DNA from: an uncultured Ignavibacteria bacterium
GTDB taxonomy: Bacteria; Zixibacteria; MSB-5A5; JAABVY01; JAHJOQ01
Direction: 5' to 3'
Length of the DNA stretch: 64,000 nucleotides
NCBI GenBank assembly: GCA_964415885.1
Contig: CAYQCE010000001.1
Span: 8,871-72,870, forward strand
Shown here piece by piece: positions 28,668 through 39,413 of this stretch. Positions within the stretch are counted from its first letter, which is position 1, and every line of letters starts with the position of its first letter. A model generated the notes under the pieces. It had not been told where the DNA came from. It saw only the letters and a program-made list of their open reading frames with translations, and did no database searches. Both the position numbers and the translations under genes were made by a program.

Positions 28668-29308
28668 TTCTCGAACAGCAGTGTTATCCGATTTTCCAGC
28701 TCATTCGTGTCGATCGAATAGCCTTCCGCTTCGAGTGATGTGACAAACTCGCTGTGCTTCCGATTCCTGCGGTACTCCGGCTCGCGAGGCGGGTGCTTCA
28801 AGTAACGATCTATCTGCTTTGCGTCGCCCGCGAGGTTTATAACCCCGTGATAGAAGACGGATCTCTTGTTGCGGTAGATCGCTGTTCCGGCGATTTTTTG
28901 TTCGCCGATTGCGATGTCCGATCTGCCCTTGTGCGATACGTCTCGCACTCCCATCTTCGTAAGCGCATCGATGATGATAGAATTGAAAATGCGGAAATAC
29001 TCGCCCGAGTCTCGCTGGTTCTCGGTGTAGACGGCAAATGACACAATTGCCATTTTGCGGCTTAAAACTACCGCGCAGCCGCCGGTGCTGCGGCGCACAA
29101 CGGGAATCCGATCTGTGCGGATCATGTCTGCGACGATCTCGTTCTGCGGTTTTGAACCATTCCCGATCACCACGAGTGTCTCTGTGGGAACCCAGAACTT
29201 CATAGCTCGAGGCTGGCCGTTGGGCTTCAATAACTGCGAATCGGGCAGATCGTAGCGAGAACTAATCTCAATTCGTTCGGTCATTCCAGCATCCAGAGAA
29301 ATGTGCAA
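28652..29308 (-). CDS. Lipoate-protein ligase / octanoyltransferase family protein (BPL_LplA_LipB domain)
   Basis: 218 aa with the LplA/LipB hallmark RRSTGGCAV. It lies immediately downstream of the E3 gene of a 2-oxo-acid dehydrogenase operon. Confidence 0.65.
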   Translation of the reverse strand: MHISLDAGMTERIEISSRYDLPDSQLLKPNGQPRAMKFWVPTETLVVIGNGSKPQNEIVADMIRTDRIPVVRRSTGGCAVVLSRKMAIVSFAVYTENQRDSGEYFRIFNSIIIDALTKMGVRDVSHKGRSDIAIGEQKIAGTAIYRNKRSVFYHGVINLAGDAKQIDRYLKHPPREPEYRRNRKHSEFVTSLEAEGYSIDTNELENRITLLFENCEEL

Positions 29309-29324
29309 AAAGCCGACTACTGAT

Positions 29325-30680
29325 CTAAACTATATGGATCGGTCTGTCCATCGCCTTGAAGACAGCTTCCATGACGGTCTCGGAAACTGTCGGGTGGGCA
29401 TGCACGACCTCACCCACATCCTCGAGTGTTCCCTCGAGTCTCATGATCGAGACTGCTTCGGCGATCATGTCGGTAGCATTCGGGGCGACAATGTGTACGC
29501 CCATCACCTCGCCATACTTGCTCTCGGCGAGGACCTTCACGAATCCTTCCATGTATCCCTCGATCATAGCCTTACCGTTAGCGGACATCGGGAATTCGCC
29601 GACCTTGTACTCGATGCCCTTGTCTTTCAGCTCCGCCTCGCAGTAGCCGACGGACGAGACCTCCGGGTCGAGGTAGATGTTGATCGGGAGCTTTCGGTAG
29701 TCGATTTCGCGCTTGATGCCCGCGATGTCGTTGACCGCAGCGAGGCCCTGAGCCGACCCGATGTGTGCGAACATCTGTCCGGTGACATCACCGATTGCGT
29801 AGATCGAGTCAACGCTGGTCTTGAGACTGTCATCAACTTCAATCTTGCCCTCAGGAGTGATTTTGAGATCGATTCCCTCGATCTCAGGCAATACAGGCTT
29901 GCGGTCGGCGCAATTGATAACGAGATCGCACTCGATGAAATCATCGCCGGCATAGACACCACCCTCGGCCTGTTTGGTAATCTCGGACTCGTAATATGCC
30001 TTGATTCCGGATTTCTTAAGCTTGTCGGCCATGTACTCTGTGAGGGAATCATCGAGAAACGGCGCCGGTACTTTGTCCGGAGTGACGAGACTTGTCTTCT
30101 TGCCAATTGTCTTGAGGATGTACGCTGTCTCGACTGCTGCCGGATTACCACCGAACACGAGAAGAGACTCCGGCAGATCGTCTTTTTCGTAGAACTCGTC
30201 GATCTCGATCACTTTCTCGGGGTCGACATTCTTGATCGCATCCCGGTTCGGCCTGGATCCGGTTGCGATGATAATCTTGTCGGCGGAGTAGGAACCGTCT
30301 CCAACCTTCAATTCCGTTGGACCGGTTATTCTCGCTTCTCCCGTAATGACCTCAACATTGTTCTTCTTGAGCAGGAACTCCACACCTTTGACTAGACGGT
30401 TCACGAGCCGGTCTTTTCGGGAGATTGCTTTCTTCCAGTTGAAAGACAGCTCTTTGGCGTTGATCCCCTCGATACCGAATTGCCTGGCGCTGCCGATCTT
30501 GCCGAACAGTTTGGCGCTCTCTATCAGAGCCTTGGATGGTATACAGCCCCAGTTGAGACACATGCCCCCGATACTGCTCTTCTCGACTAACCCAATGTTG
30601 ATTCCGAGTTGCCCTGCCCGTATAGCGGCCACATAACCCGCCGGACCGGCACCGACAATTATAAGATCGAAGTTTTTCAC
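29325..30680 (-). CDS. lpdA: Dihydrolipoyl dehydrogenase (E3)
   Basis: 451 aa. FAD-binding N-terminus IVGAGPAGYVAA, redox-active disulfide GGMCLNWGCIPSK, and the C-terminal interface-domain motif HAHPTVSE. Confidence 0.9.
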   Translation of the reverse strand: MKNFDLIIVGAGPAGYVAAIRAGQLGINIGLVEKSSIGGMCLNWGCIPSKALIESAKLFGKIGSARQFGIEGINAKELSFNWKKAISRKDRLVNRLVKGVEFLLKKNNVEVITGEARITGPTELKVGDGSYSADKIIIATGSRPNRDAIKNVDPEKVIEIDEFYEKDDLPESLLVFGGNPAAVETAYILKTIGKKTSLVTPDKVPAPFLDDSLTEYMADKLKKSGIKAYYESEITKQAEGGVYAGDDFIECDLVINCADRKPVLPEIEGIDLKITPEGKIEVDDSLKTSVDSIYAIGDVTGQMFAHIGSAQGLAAVNDIAGIKREIDYRKLPINIYLDPEVSSVGYCEAELKDKGIEYKVGEFPMSANGKAMIEGYMEGFVKVLAESKYGEVMGVHIVAPNATDMIAEAVSIMRLEGTLEDVGEVVHAHPTVSETVMEAVFKAMDRPIHIV

Positions 30681-30692
30681 TGTGACCTCCTG

Positions 30693-31991
30693 CTACATTA
30701 CCAGCATTGCCACCGGATCGGCGAGCATTGTCATGATGTTACTGAGGAAACGGGATGCCTCGGCGCCATCGACTATCCTGTGATCGAACGATAGCGACAA
30801 CGGGAGAATATGCCCGATCACGATCTCATCATTCTCGTTCACTACCGGTGTTTTCAAAATCCGTCCAACGCCCAGTATTCCGACATCCGGGTAGTTTATA
30901 ACCGGAACGCCGTAGATTCCCGCAATCGCGCCGTAGTTCGTGACCGAGAACGTGCTATCCTTCAGCTCTTCGAGCTGCAACTCCCGATTCTGCGCACGCT
31001 CGATTTTGTCCACGATCTCGTTGGCGAGCTCGATTATGCTCTTTCGATCCGCGTCCTTAATGACCGGCACAACCAGCCCGTCGGGAGTATCGACCGCCAT
31101 CCCGATATTGTAGTATTTGTTGTAAATGACCCTGTTGCGCTCCATATCGAGTCGGCAATTGAGCTTCTTGTGGTTCTTCAGCGCGTGTGTAACGGCTTTG
31201 ATAATGAACGCCATATATGTCAGCTTCACGCCCTGTTCGGCGAGCTGCTCTTTCTTTTCATTGCGAAGTTCCATAAGACGCGATATTTCGACTTCTTCGA
31301 ATGCGGTGGCATGCGGGGCGGTAAACTTGGATTCGACCATTTTGTTGGCGATTGTCTTGCGGATCTGCGTCAGCTCCTCGGCTTCGGCACGTTCCGGGAC
31401 TTCCTTCGGGATCGATGTGCCCGCAGTTTTTCGCCCGACTTTCGGTCCCGCCTGCTTCTCTTCGAAAGCCCGCCTGATATCATCCTTCATCACGCGACCA
31501 GCCGGTCCGGTGCCGCGAACCGTGTTGATTTCGATTCCGAGGTCTTTGGCCATCTTGCGGGCTACAGGGGTCGCGAGTGCCTTGCGCTTTGGCTTTTCGG
31601 CTTCCGCGGCGTCCTCATCGTCTTCCATACCCTCACCGGTGGATGGGAGAAATGCCTCCGAGCCGGCATCCTCGATTTGACCGACGACTCCGAATCCGGG
31701 TTCTTCTACATCGACTTCCTCTTCAGCCTTTCCTTCAGCCTCGGATTCTTCACCCTCGATCTCGATTTCCGCGAGAGCATCGCCGACATTGATCGTTTCG
31801 CCGACCTTCCCAAAGAGATTCTTGACAACGCCCGTTCTCGGGCTCGGTATATCGGCGACGACCTTATCGGTCTCCATCTTGACAATAGAATCGCCTTCTT
31901 TTATTTCCTGCCCCTTCTTGACAAACCATTCGAGGATCTTGCCTTCGCTGATGCCCTCTCCGATATCGGGGAATTTGAATATGTACAGCAT
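30693..31991 (-). CDS. Dihydrolipoamide acyltransferase (E2) of a 2-oxo-acid dehydrogenase complex
   Basis: Lipoyl domain MLYIFKFPDIGEGISEGKILEWFVKKGQEIKEGDSIVKMETDKVV, with the start ATG at 31991 after GGAGG. An E3-binding domain and the catalytic motif DHRIVDGA are also present. The ORF track's 32204 start is upstream of the likely true start. Confidence 0.85.
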   Translation of the reverse strand: MLYIFKFPDIGEGISEGKILEWFVKKGQEIKEGDSIVKMETDKVVADIPSPRTGVVKNLFGKVGETINVGDALAEIEIEGEESEAEGKAEEEVDVEEPGFGVVGQIEDAGSEAFLPSTGEGMEDDEDAAEAEKPKRKALATPVARKMAKDLGIEINTVRGTGPAGRVMKDDIRRAFEEKQAGPKVGRKTAGTSIPKEVPERAEAEELTQIRKTIANKMVESKFTAPHATAFEEVEISRLMELRNEKKEQLAEQGVKLTYMAFIIKAVTHALKNHKKLNCRLDMERNRVIYNKYYNIGMAVDTPDGLVVPVIKDADRKSIIELANEIVDKIERAQNRELQLEELKDSTFSVTNYGAIAGIYGVPVINYPDVGILGVGRILKTPVVNENDEIVIGHILPLSLSFDHRIVDGAEASRFLSNIMTMLADPVAMLVM

Positions 31992-32001
31992 TAATCCTCC
32001 C

Positions 32002-32979
32002 TCAGAACTCGATCGTCTTCTTGATAGCGTGGTAGATCCTCTCCGGAGTCGGGAAATACAAATCCTCGCCTTTCGGAAGAGGCACGACCGTATCGTTACC
32101 CGTAATTCTTGCAGGCGGTGCTTCAAGATACAGGAACGCCTCTTCGTTGGCAATAGTGAAGACCTCTGAGGCGACTCCGAATGACCGCGGTCCCTCATGG
32201 ACAACGAGCAGACGTCCGGTCTTTTTTATCGAATCCGCGATTGTCTCCCGGTCCATGGGATAGATGGTTCTCAGATCGATCAGTTCGACCGAGTAGCCAT
32301 CTTTCTTAGCCTGTTGGACGGCCTGCTGTGTGGTACGGAGCATCGCGCCGTAGGCAACGACCGTGATCTGCTCCCCCTCCTTTATGACCTTGGCGGTACC
32401 GATTTTGATTCTAAACTTTTTGTCCGGCACTTCCTGCTTGATCGAGCGGTAGACTTTCTTCGGCTCCATGAAGATGACCGGGTCGGGATCCTCGATTGCC
32501 GAGATCATCAAGCCCTTGGCGTCATACGGTGTCGCCGGGATCACAACCTTGAGACCCGGGATGTGACCGAAAATTGCTTCCATGCTCTCCGAGTGGCTTT
32601 CGAGAGCACGGATCCCACCGCCGTAAGGCATGCGGACAACGACCGGGCAGGTGAGCTGGCCTCGAGTGCGATAGCGCATCCGAGACAGGTGCGAGATGAT
32701 CTGATTGAAAGCCGGGTACACAAATCCGGAGAACTGCATCTCCGCTATGGGCTTCAGCCCGTTTATCGCCATTCCAATGCTTGCGCCGACAATTGCTGAT
32801 TCAGCGAGTGGAGTATCAAAGACTCGCTTTTCGCCATATTTCTTCTGGAGTCCCTCGGTGACTCGAAAGACACCCCCCTCGAGTCCGGCGTCCTCGCCGA
32901 ACACAAGTACGGATTCATCCTCCTCGAGCTTGATATCGAGGGCCGAGTTGATTGCCTGAACCATATTCACGACTGACAT
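32002..32979 (-). CDS. 2-oxo-acid (pyruvate/branched-chain) dehydrogenase E1 beta subunit
   Basis: 325 aa, MSVVNMVQAINSALDIKLEEDESVLVFGEDAG...RVFDTPLAESAIVGASIGMA, a transketolase-like fold. Confidence 0.9.
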   Translation of the reverse strand: MSVVNMVQAINSALDIKLEEDESVLVFGEDAGLEGGVFRVTEGLQKKYGEKRVFDTPLAESAIVGASIGMAINGLKPIAEMQFSGFVYPAFNQIISHLSRMRYRTRGQLTCPVVVRMPYGGGIRALESHSESMEAIFGHIPGLKVVIPATPYDAKGLMISAIEDPDPVIFMEPKKVYRSIKQEVPDKKFRIKIGTAKVIKEGEQITVVAYGAMLRTTQQAVQQAKKDGYSVELIDLRTIYPMDRETIADSIKKTGRLLVVHEGPRSFGVASEVFTIANEEAFLYLEAPPARITGNDTVVPLPKGEDLYFPTPERIYHAIKKTIEF

Positions 32980-34065
32980 TTACCGGCCCTCCTTTCGCGC
33001 GAGGAAATTCTGTAGTTCGATCTGCTGCTGTTTCAAGCTGTCGGGCAGCTCGGCGAATTGATACTTGAAAATGTCTTCGACGGTCGGGGGAGCCATGTTC
33101 TCCACTTCACGGAACTGCTTAGCGACATCCTCCTCCGCCTCATTCCTGTATTCCTCTTCCTTCTTATCATCCCAGAGCTTTTTTTCTTTGAGGAATAACT
33201 TCATTCGCTTTAGTGGGTCTTTGTCCTTCCATTCTCCTTCTTCCTCTTTTGTGCGATATCGACCGGGATCATCGGAGGTCGTGTGCGCGCCCATCCGGTA
33301 GGTTACGGCTTCGATCATCACCGGTCCCTTGCCCGAGCGAGCGTGCTTGACCGCCTCGGATGTCGCCCGATAGACGGCGAGAAAATCGTTGCCGTCGACC
33401 TGAATGCCGGGCATCTCATAGGCTATGGCCTTCTGTGCGAGTGTCTCGGACTTGGTCTGCTTCTTCCGGCTCAAGGATATGGCGTACTGGTTGTTGTTGC
33501 AGAAGAAAATAACCGGGCAATTGTAGACGGCTGCCCAGTTCATGGCCTCATGAAAATCGCCCTGCGATGTACCACCGTCGCCGAAATATGCAAGAACGAC
33601 ATCGTTTTCGCCTCGGTAGTTGATAGCGTGAGCGATTCCGACGGCATGTGGCAGTTGAGATGAAATCGGGACTGCAACGGGGGTTATCCTTGCGTCCTCG
33701 GCATACCGGCTGCCCTCCTCCGAACCCCCGAAGTACAGGAAATAGTGCTTCATCGTCATTCCCTTGACCAGCCATGCCCCCAGCTCACGATATGCCGTCA
33801 CCATCCAGTCCGACTTCTCGATTGCAAGCGCGCTGCCGACGGCCGCTGCTTCCTGTCCCGTGTTGGCCGGGAGAGTGTAAATCCGTCCCTGCCTCTGCAG
33901 CGATACGGCCTTGATGTCGGCCACCCTGGCATACAGCATGGTCTTGTAAGCTTCGATCAGCTTGTCGTCGTCAAGTTGGGGAACCCATTTCTTAACTTTG
34001 ATCTTGCCCTCCTGGTCGAGAACCTCAAGCTGCCTTCCCTTGAGCGGATCGAAAGTATTGAACAT
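32980..34065 (-). CDS. 2-oxo-acid dehydrogenase E1 alpha subunit (TPP-binding)
   Basis: 361 aa with TPP motif YFGDGGTSQGDFHEAMNWAAVYNCPVIFFCNNNQYAIS and the phosphorylation-loop-like YRMGAHTTSDDP. It is directly adjacent to the E1 beta gene. Confidence 0.9.
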   Translation of the reverse strand: MFNTFDPLKGRQLEVLDQEGKIKVKKWVPQLDDDKLIEAYKTMLYARVADIKAVSLQRQGRIYTLPANTGQEAAAVGSALAIEKSDWMVTAYRELGAWLVKGMTMKHYFLYFGGSEEGSRYAEDARITPVAVPISSQLPHAVGIAHAINYRGENDVVLAYFGDGGTSQGDFHEAMNWAAVYNCPVIFFCNNNQYAISLSRKKQTKSETLAQKAIAYEMPGIQVDGNDFLAVYRATSEAVKHARSGKGPVMIEAVTYRMGAHTTSDDPGRYRTKEEEGEWKDKDPLKRMKLFLKEKKLWDDKKEEEYRNEAEEDVAKQFREVENMAPPTVEDIFKYQFAELPDSLKQQQIELQNFLARKEGR

Positions 34066-34239
34066 TATCTATCTCCTATAGCAAATAACAGAATACTCGG
34101 GAGTTACAACGTGCGCCCAGTCTACGGGTTTCCTTCTCCGAATCGGTTTACTCAGAAGTCCCGATTATTATGTCATAAACGGCTCAAACTACTCCATGTT
34201 CCCCAAACAACTCCATCTTCGAGAGTTGCGGAGGATACG

Positions 34240-35256
34240 CTATCCGAATGTCACAAAAAACGCACCGACAATCGCAAGACCGATGGCGAGAACTTTCGTG
34301 GACGTTATACTCTCTTTTAAGACGAGGGCGGCGAGGATGAATATGAAGACGTTGCTCGTCTGGTTCAGTGCCGCCGCAACCGATGCCTGCGTGAATTTCA
34401 TTCCCGCAAGCCACAGCATCATAGCGACATAAGCTCCGATGAAGGAACCTATGAGCGTGTAACCCAGACGGCTTCTTGTGAATATGGATTTCACTATCGT
34501 CTTTCTATTTCTGAAGAAGAGAAGAAGTAGTGCGAGAGATACAGAACCTGCGACCAGTCTCCACTGGACGACCCAGAGAAGGGGAGAGCGGTCGAGGAGC
34601 GGCTTGACCATCACGACCCCTGCACCGTTGGCGATCTGTGAGAGTGCACCGATCAATACCCCTGTGATTACCTCTTTCCGCGAGCGTGCCTCGGCACTCT
34701 TCGCCCGCGTTGCGGTCAGCACCGCAGATATGATAAGGACCGCGCCGATTATCTGTATGGCTGCGAGAGACTCGCCGAGGAACAGGAGCGAGAGCGTTAT
34801 GATCGACGGGCTGTAGAGACAGTCGACGATTGCTGTCAGCCCGGCGCCGAGCCTGTTGAGGCAGATGAAAAACAGCGTGTCGGCAATTCCGATCCCGACA
34901 GTGCCCGAAACAAACATAAGTACGTAATCGGATGCGGATGCGGGCCTAAACGGGTTCTCGCCGATCAACAGGATCGTCGGGAAGAGCAGCACCGATGCAA
35001 GCGCTCCCTTGAACAGATTCAAACCGATCGGATGAACGACTTCGCCGGCTCGTTTGAACAGAATTACTGCAGTTGCCCATGCAACAGCCGTCAAGAGGGC
35101 GAGAATCTCTCCGTAGTATGGTATCGTCTGATCCAATTCGTTGCCTCTGTCGAGCGATGTCCGTCGCGCTGAAATCGTCCGCCGAAGATACGAACTGGTC
35201 GGCTCGCCGACAAGCTCTATAGCGGGGATGATACCACCTTGAAACGATTTCCGCAC
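34240..35256 (-). CDS. DMT-superfamily (EamA-like) transporter
   Basis: About 10 TM helices and two EamA-like halves (LLTAVAWATAVILFKRAGE...). The start codon is uncertain: the long N-terminal extension in the ORF track is probably not translated. Confidence 0.65.
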   Translation of the reverse strand: MRKSFQGGIIPAIELVGEPTSSYLRRTISARRTSLDRGNELDQTIPYYGEILALLTAVAWATAVILFKRAGEVVHPIGLNLFKGALASVLLFPTILLIGENPFRPASASDYVLMFVSGTVGIGIADTLFFICLNRLGAGLTAIVDCLYSPSIITLSLLFLGESLAAIQIIGAVLIISAVLTATRAKSAEARSRKEVITGVLIGALSQIANGAGVVMVKPLLDRSPLLWVVQWRLVAGSVSLALLLLFFRNRKTIVKSIFTRSRLGYTLIGSFIGAYVAMMLWLAGMKFTQASVAAALNQTSNVFIFILAALVLKESITSTKVLAIGLAIVGAFFVTFG

Positions 35257-35317
35257 GGGCGAGCGAACGATAACGATATTAGTCTTAAGCCGTTACAGCA
35301 TTGATGGTTGGCTGCCG

Positions 35318-36295
35318 ATGTGCATAGAGAGTGGATTCAGTTGCGGGCCTGAGAAAAATCTACCTGAGGCACAAATGGCCGTGAAACAGCTTATAGTCAA
35401 GAATGCGAAGCCGGACATTGAGATTCCGGACGGCGAACATACGTCCAGCCGCGAGTGGATGTTCCGGCACGTGTTCGAGAGTGTGCCGGACCCTTTACTA
35501 CTGCTCGATACAAGCGTGCCACCGAGAATCAGAGCGTCAAATCGAGCATCAGAGGAGCTGATCAGATGCCGAGGCCGCGAATTGGTGGGAAGGTCACTCT
35601 GCGATTTTCTGGACGATCGGAATGCTGCCGTGGAGTTTCAGGAAAAGCTGGGCGCCTCGGCGAGGGATGGTGGTGATCTCGAAGTGCTGGATGTCGATCT
35701 GGTTTCCTCCGAAGGAGATCTGATACCCGTGGATGTCAGGGTTATTCCTGTGACCAATAGTGCCGGCGATCAGATTGGATGGCTCTATTCGCTTCGCAGC
35801 CAATCACGGCGTCTCCGAACGCATGAGCTTCTTTTGCACGAGAGACACAAGCTTGAGAACCTCCGCAAGGCTGTGGAGAGCAAGAATGAGGCTCTGGATC
35901 GCGTGATCCATGAGATGGAATCCGACAAAGAGCAAATCTCCGCACAGATAAGGTCCAACATAAGCAAAACTGTCATGCCGCTGGTCTCGCTTCTTCGAGA
36001 GAGGCAGCTTCCCGATGACCGGGCTTATGTTGACCTACTCGAGACCAATTTGCGGGATATCGCATCCTCATTTACCACGAAGCTCGAAACTAAGTATCCG
36101 AGGCTATCACCGCGTGAGACGGAGATTTGCCGGATGATCCGGGCGGGATTCGCGACCAAAGAGATTGCCCGTATTCTCAACGTCTCAGAACAGACAATCG
36201 GCACCCAGAGAAACCGTATCAGACGGAAACTGGGCCTCGTCAACAGTGACATCAATCTATCATCCTACCTAAAGTCCCTCGATATCGTGGAATAG
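35318..36295 (+). CDS. PAS-domain LuxR-family transcriptional regulator (paralog 1 of 3)
   Basis: PAS-like N-terminus, a conserved coiled-coil linker, and the C-terminal LuxR HTH LSPRETEICRMIRAGFATKEIARILNVSEQTIGTQRNRIRRKLGL. The start is possibly at MAVKQ (35375). Confidence 0.75.
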   Translation: MCIESGFSCGPEKNLPEAQMAVKQLIVKNAKPDIEIPDGEHTSSREWMFRHVFESVPDPLLLLDTSVPPRIRASNRASEELIRCRGRELVGRSLCDFLDDRNAAVEFQEKLGASARDGGDLEVLDVDLVSSEGDLIPVDVRVIPVTNSAGDQIGWLYSLRSQSRRLRTHELLLHERHKLENLRKAVESKNEALDRVIHEMESDKEQISAQIRSNISKTVMPLVSLLRERQLPDDRAYVDLLETNLRDIASSFTTKLETKYPRLSPRETEICRMIRAGFATKEIARILNVSEQTIGTQRNRIRRKLGLVNSDINLSSYLKSLDIVE

Positions 36296-36771
36296 CCTTG
36301 TTCGGCACAGCTCCAATGTCCCAAAGCGCGACACAACGCGTCTGGGGATCGTGTACGGCGGGTACACGATTTGTCGATGGTAATTCAATGTCAATGCTCG
36401 ATCCCGGCAGACGATACCGCTGAATAGAAGAGCATAGAAGGATTAGCTCAGGTTGCGCGGCCATTTGATACGGCGGTGTTTGCAGATAGATGCCCGGGAG
36501 AGTCGTGTATTGAGATGTATACGGATTTTGGGCAGAAACAGAAAAGGGGGTTGCACGCCGCCCTGCTGGCTTGATCATGAATTGAAGGTTGACAAACGTA
36601 TAGTTGAATTTTTCACGATGCGGGAAAGGAGGTCGATCACGGTTTCGCATAGCTCTCGCACTCTCAAAATGACTGCACTTAAGTCTCGTTATTCTCAAGC
36701 AGTTACGGTCTGGTCCAATTCGGGGAGGAAGACCGGCAAAGGGGTGTAAAAAAACAGTCAAGGAGGAAAAA

Positions 36772-38841
36772 TTGAAGTTCAGTTGGAAAGACATCAAGAT
36801 TTCCCAGAAGCTTTACATCGGCTTCGGGATTGTGCTCGTTCTCGCGATTGCGGTCGGATGGATGGGTTACTCAGGTCTTAATGAAGTTGGTCAGCGTGTG
36901 GAGAATTCCACGAAAGCCACAGAGATGGTGAAGCTGATTAAGGACGCCGCTGCTGTGCGGCAGAATTTCCTGGCGACCCATGATGTTGGCAATTTGCAGA
37001 AGGTTGAGACCATTGTTACGGAAATTAAGGGATACGAGACCGAACTCCGCGAAGTCTTCAAGGATCCGGCAGATCTCGAGCTCCTTAATCAGTGCGATCA
37101 GCTACTCGCCGAATATGTCGCCGGTTGGAAAGAGATGGTCGAGGGGCAGATCAGGATGGAGGGGTCAATCGCGAAGATGGATGTCGCTGCTGCCAACGCC
37201 GACGAGAAGGTAGATCTGCTCTTCAACAGTCAGCAGGAACAGTTTGACAGAGACATCGCGCGCAACGTCGGTGCTGAAGCTCTGAAGGAAAGAATGAAGA
37301 AGTATGGCGGCGCCGGCATACTCGTGCGCTTCATCGGCGATTGCAGGATCAACTACCGCGATTTCCGTCGAACGGAGGATATGCAGTACGCGAAAAACCT
37401 GTATGCCGCCGCAGATGCTCTCGTTGCCGAGGCGAGGAATATTCGAGGGCTGATGCGACTGCAGGAAGATATCGATCAGATCGATGGCATCATGCAGGCT
37501 GTCGGCAACTACCGCACAAACTTCGAAACCGTCGTTGAAGAGAAGCTGCATGCCGACGAGGTCCAGGCTCTGCTCGCAAGTGAAGCCGCAGAAGTTGTTG
37601 AGAAATTCGATCAGCTTGGCAGCGGGCAGCATGCCAAGATGGAAGCCGCTCAGGCATCGGCAATCACGATGGCTATTACCTTCGTGGTTGGTGCAGTCTT
37701 GATTGGTATTTTTGTCGCCTTCTTCATCTCGCGCGGCATAAGCCAGCCTGTCTCGAGAATGGCCTATATAGCCGATCAGATATCGATCGGAGATGTCGAT
37801 CACAGTATCGATTATGAGTCGAAGGACGAGATCGGTGTGCTCGCGGGATCGTTCCGAGAACTTGTCGCCTATATGAAGAACCTCGCGGGTGCTGCGGAGC
37901 GGATCGCTGACAACGACCTTACAGTCGATGTCGAGCCGAAGTCCGAGAAGGATGTACTCGGTAACTCGTTTAAGACCATGATCACGAGTCTCCGTCAGAT
38001 AGTTCGCCAGCTCACTGACAACGCCAAGGAACTTGTCAGCGCTGCTACCGAGATAGCATCCGCATCCGAGCAGATGTCCCGTGGCGCCAAGGATCAGGCG
38101 GACCAGGTGGGCCAGGTTTCCACGGCCATCGAAGAGATGACCGCGACTATCGTCGAGTCGTCCAAGAATGCCGGTGAGGCGTCCGATCTCGCCAGGGGAG
38201 CATCGGATACCGCAAACAACGGTAACAATGTCGTGGCGCAGACGATTCAGGGTCTTGCCAAGATCACCGACTCTGCGCAGAACACGAGCCAGATAATCGG
38301 GGAGCTCGCGAGTGCCTCCGACAAGATCGGCGAGATCATCGGTGTTATCGATGATATAGCTGACCAGACCAATCTGCTCGCTCTGAATGCCGCGATTGAA
38401 GCGGCGCGTGCGGGCGAACAGGGTCGCGGCTTCGCCGTGGTTGCCGACGAGGTTCGTAAGCTCGCAGAGCGGACCGGGAAGGCGACCGGAGAGATTACCG
38501 ACATGATCAAGGGTATCCAGCGTGACTCCAACGGTGCTGTTGAAGCAATGAATTCCGCTGGTGAACTGGTCACTGAAGGGCAGGATTTTGCCAATCAGGC
38601 CGGTGATTCGTTGAACGAGATTCTCGGAATGTCGCAGAAAGTCATGGATATGATCCAGATGATTGCGACCGCTTCCGAGGAGCAGTCGACCGCTGCCGAG
38701 CAGATATCCAGGAATATCGAGCAGGTGTCGTCGATCACGAAGGAAACCGCAACAGGTGCGGAGCAGTCCGCCGCTGCTGCTGAGGAGCTGAATCGCCAGG
38801 CCGAAGGCCTTAAGACTATGGTCGGCAGATTCACCGTATAG
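36772..38841 (+). CDS. Methyl-accepting chemotaxis protein (4HB-type N-terminus, HAMP, MCP signalling domain)
   Basis: TTG start after AAGGAGG. The N-terminus is [30 protein letters not shown]. The highly conserved signalling tip is [47 protein letters not shown]. Confidence 0.9.
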   Translation: MKFSWKDIKISQKLYIGFGIVLVLAIAVGWMGYSGLNEVGQRVENSTKATEMVKLIKDAAAVRQNFLATHDVGNLQKVETIVTEIKGYETELREVFKDPADLELLNQCDQLLAEYVAGWKEMVEGQIRMEGSIAKMDVAAANADEKVDLLFNSQQEQFDRDIARNVGAEALKERMKKYGGAGILVRFIGDCRINYRDFRRTEDMQYAKNLYAAADALVAEARNIRGLMRLQEDIDQIDGIMQAVGNYRTNFETVVEEKLHADEVQALLASEAAEVVEKFDQLGSGQHAKMEAAQASAITMAITFVVGAVLIGIFVAFFISRGISQPVSRMAYIADQISIGDVDHSIDYESKDEIGVLAGSFRELVAYMKNLAGAAERIADNDLTVDVEPKSEKDVLGNSFKTMITSLRQIVRQLTDNAKELVSAATEIASASEQMSRGAKDQADQVGQVSTAIEEMTATIVESSKNAGEASDLARGASDTANNGNNVVAQTIQGLAKITDSAQNTSQIIGELASASDKIGEIIGVIDDIADQTNLLALNAAIEAARAGEQGRGFAVVADEVRKLAERTGKATGEITDMIKGIQRDSNGAVEAMNSAGELVTEGQDFANQAGDSLNEILGMSQKVMDMIQMIATASEEQSTAAEQISRNIEQVSSITKETATGAEQSAAAAEELNRQAEGLKTMVGRFTV

Positions 38842-38900
38842 CAATCAATTCGCTTCGATCCCGGAGCGTAGTGCTCCGGGATTGAGGTTGGGAGGGATCT

Positions 38901-39413
38901 ATGCCAGAGAAGGAAATTACGAGCGGCAGTGTCAGGGCGCAGGATGTAGATAATACCTCCGTTGACGAACTCCTTCAACTCGTCTCGTTTCGCATTGGTG
39001 AAGAAATGTTCGGAGTCGATATCCTGAAAGTACAGGAAATCAACCGTCTGACTGAGATCACCAAAGTTCCGCAGGCGCCGAGCTTCGTTGAGGGTGTGAT
39101 AAATCTGCGTGGCAAAGTCATCCCAATTATCGACATTCGCAAGCGATTCGGCATGAGTCTGAAGGAGTGCGACAAGGACACCCGTATTGTAGTTGTGGAT
39201 ATCGAGACATCGGTCATGGGTATGATCGTCGACGCGGTTTCGGAGGTCCTGAGGATTCCGGCAACAACCGTTGAACCGGCTCCGGATATCGCAACATCCG
39301 TATCGTCGGAATACATTAGAGGCGTCGCAAAGCTGGAAGACAGATTGCTCATTCTGCTGGAGCTGGGTAAGATATTCAGCGAGGCTGAACGAGAGATCAT
39401 GTCGAGCTTCTAA
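38901..39413 (+). CDS. cheW: Chemotaxis coupling protein CheW
   Basis: 170 aa, LVSFRIGEEMFGVDILKVQEINRLTEITKVPQAPSFVEGVINLRGKVIPIIDIRKRFG, a canonical CheW domain. Confidence 0.9.
   Translation: MPEKEITSGSVRAQDVDNTSVDELLQLVSFRIGEEMFGVDILKVQEINRLTEITKVPQAPSFVEGVINLRGKVIPIIDIRKRFGMSLKECDKDTRIVVVDIETSVMGMIVDAVSEVLRIPATTVEPAPDIATSVSSEYIRGVAKLEDRLLILLELGKIFSEAEREIMSSF

Noticed and set aside
37165-38844. 559-aa ORF antisense to the MCP gene at 36772-38841
   Set aside because: The sense strand encodes a canonical MCP with a perfectly conserved signalling tip. Alanine/glutamate-rich MCP coding sequence in a high-GC genome routinely leaves long stop-free antisense frames. The antisense product has no recognisable motifs.
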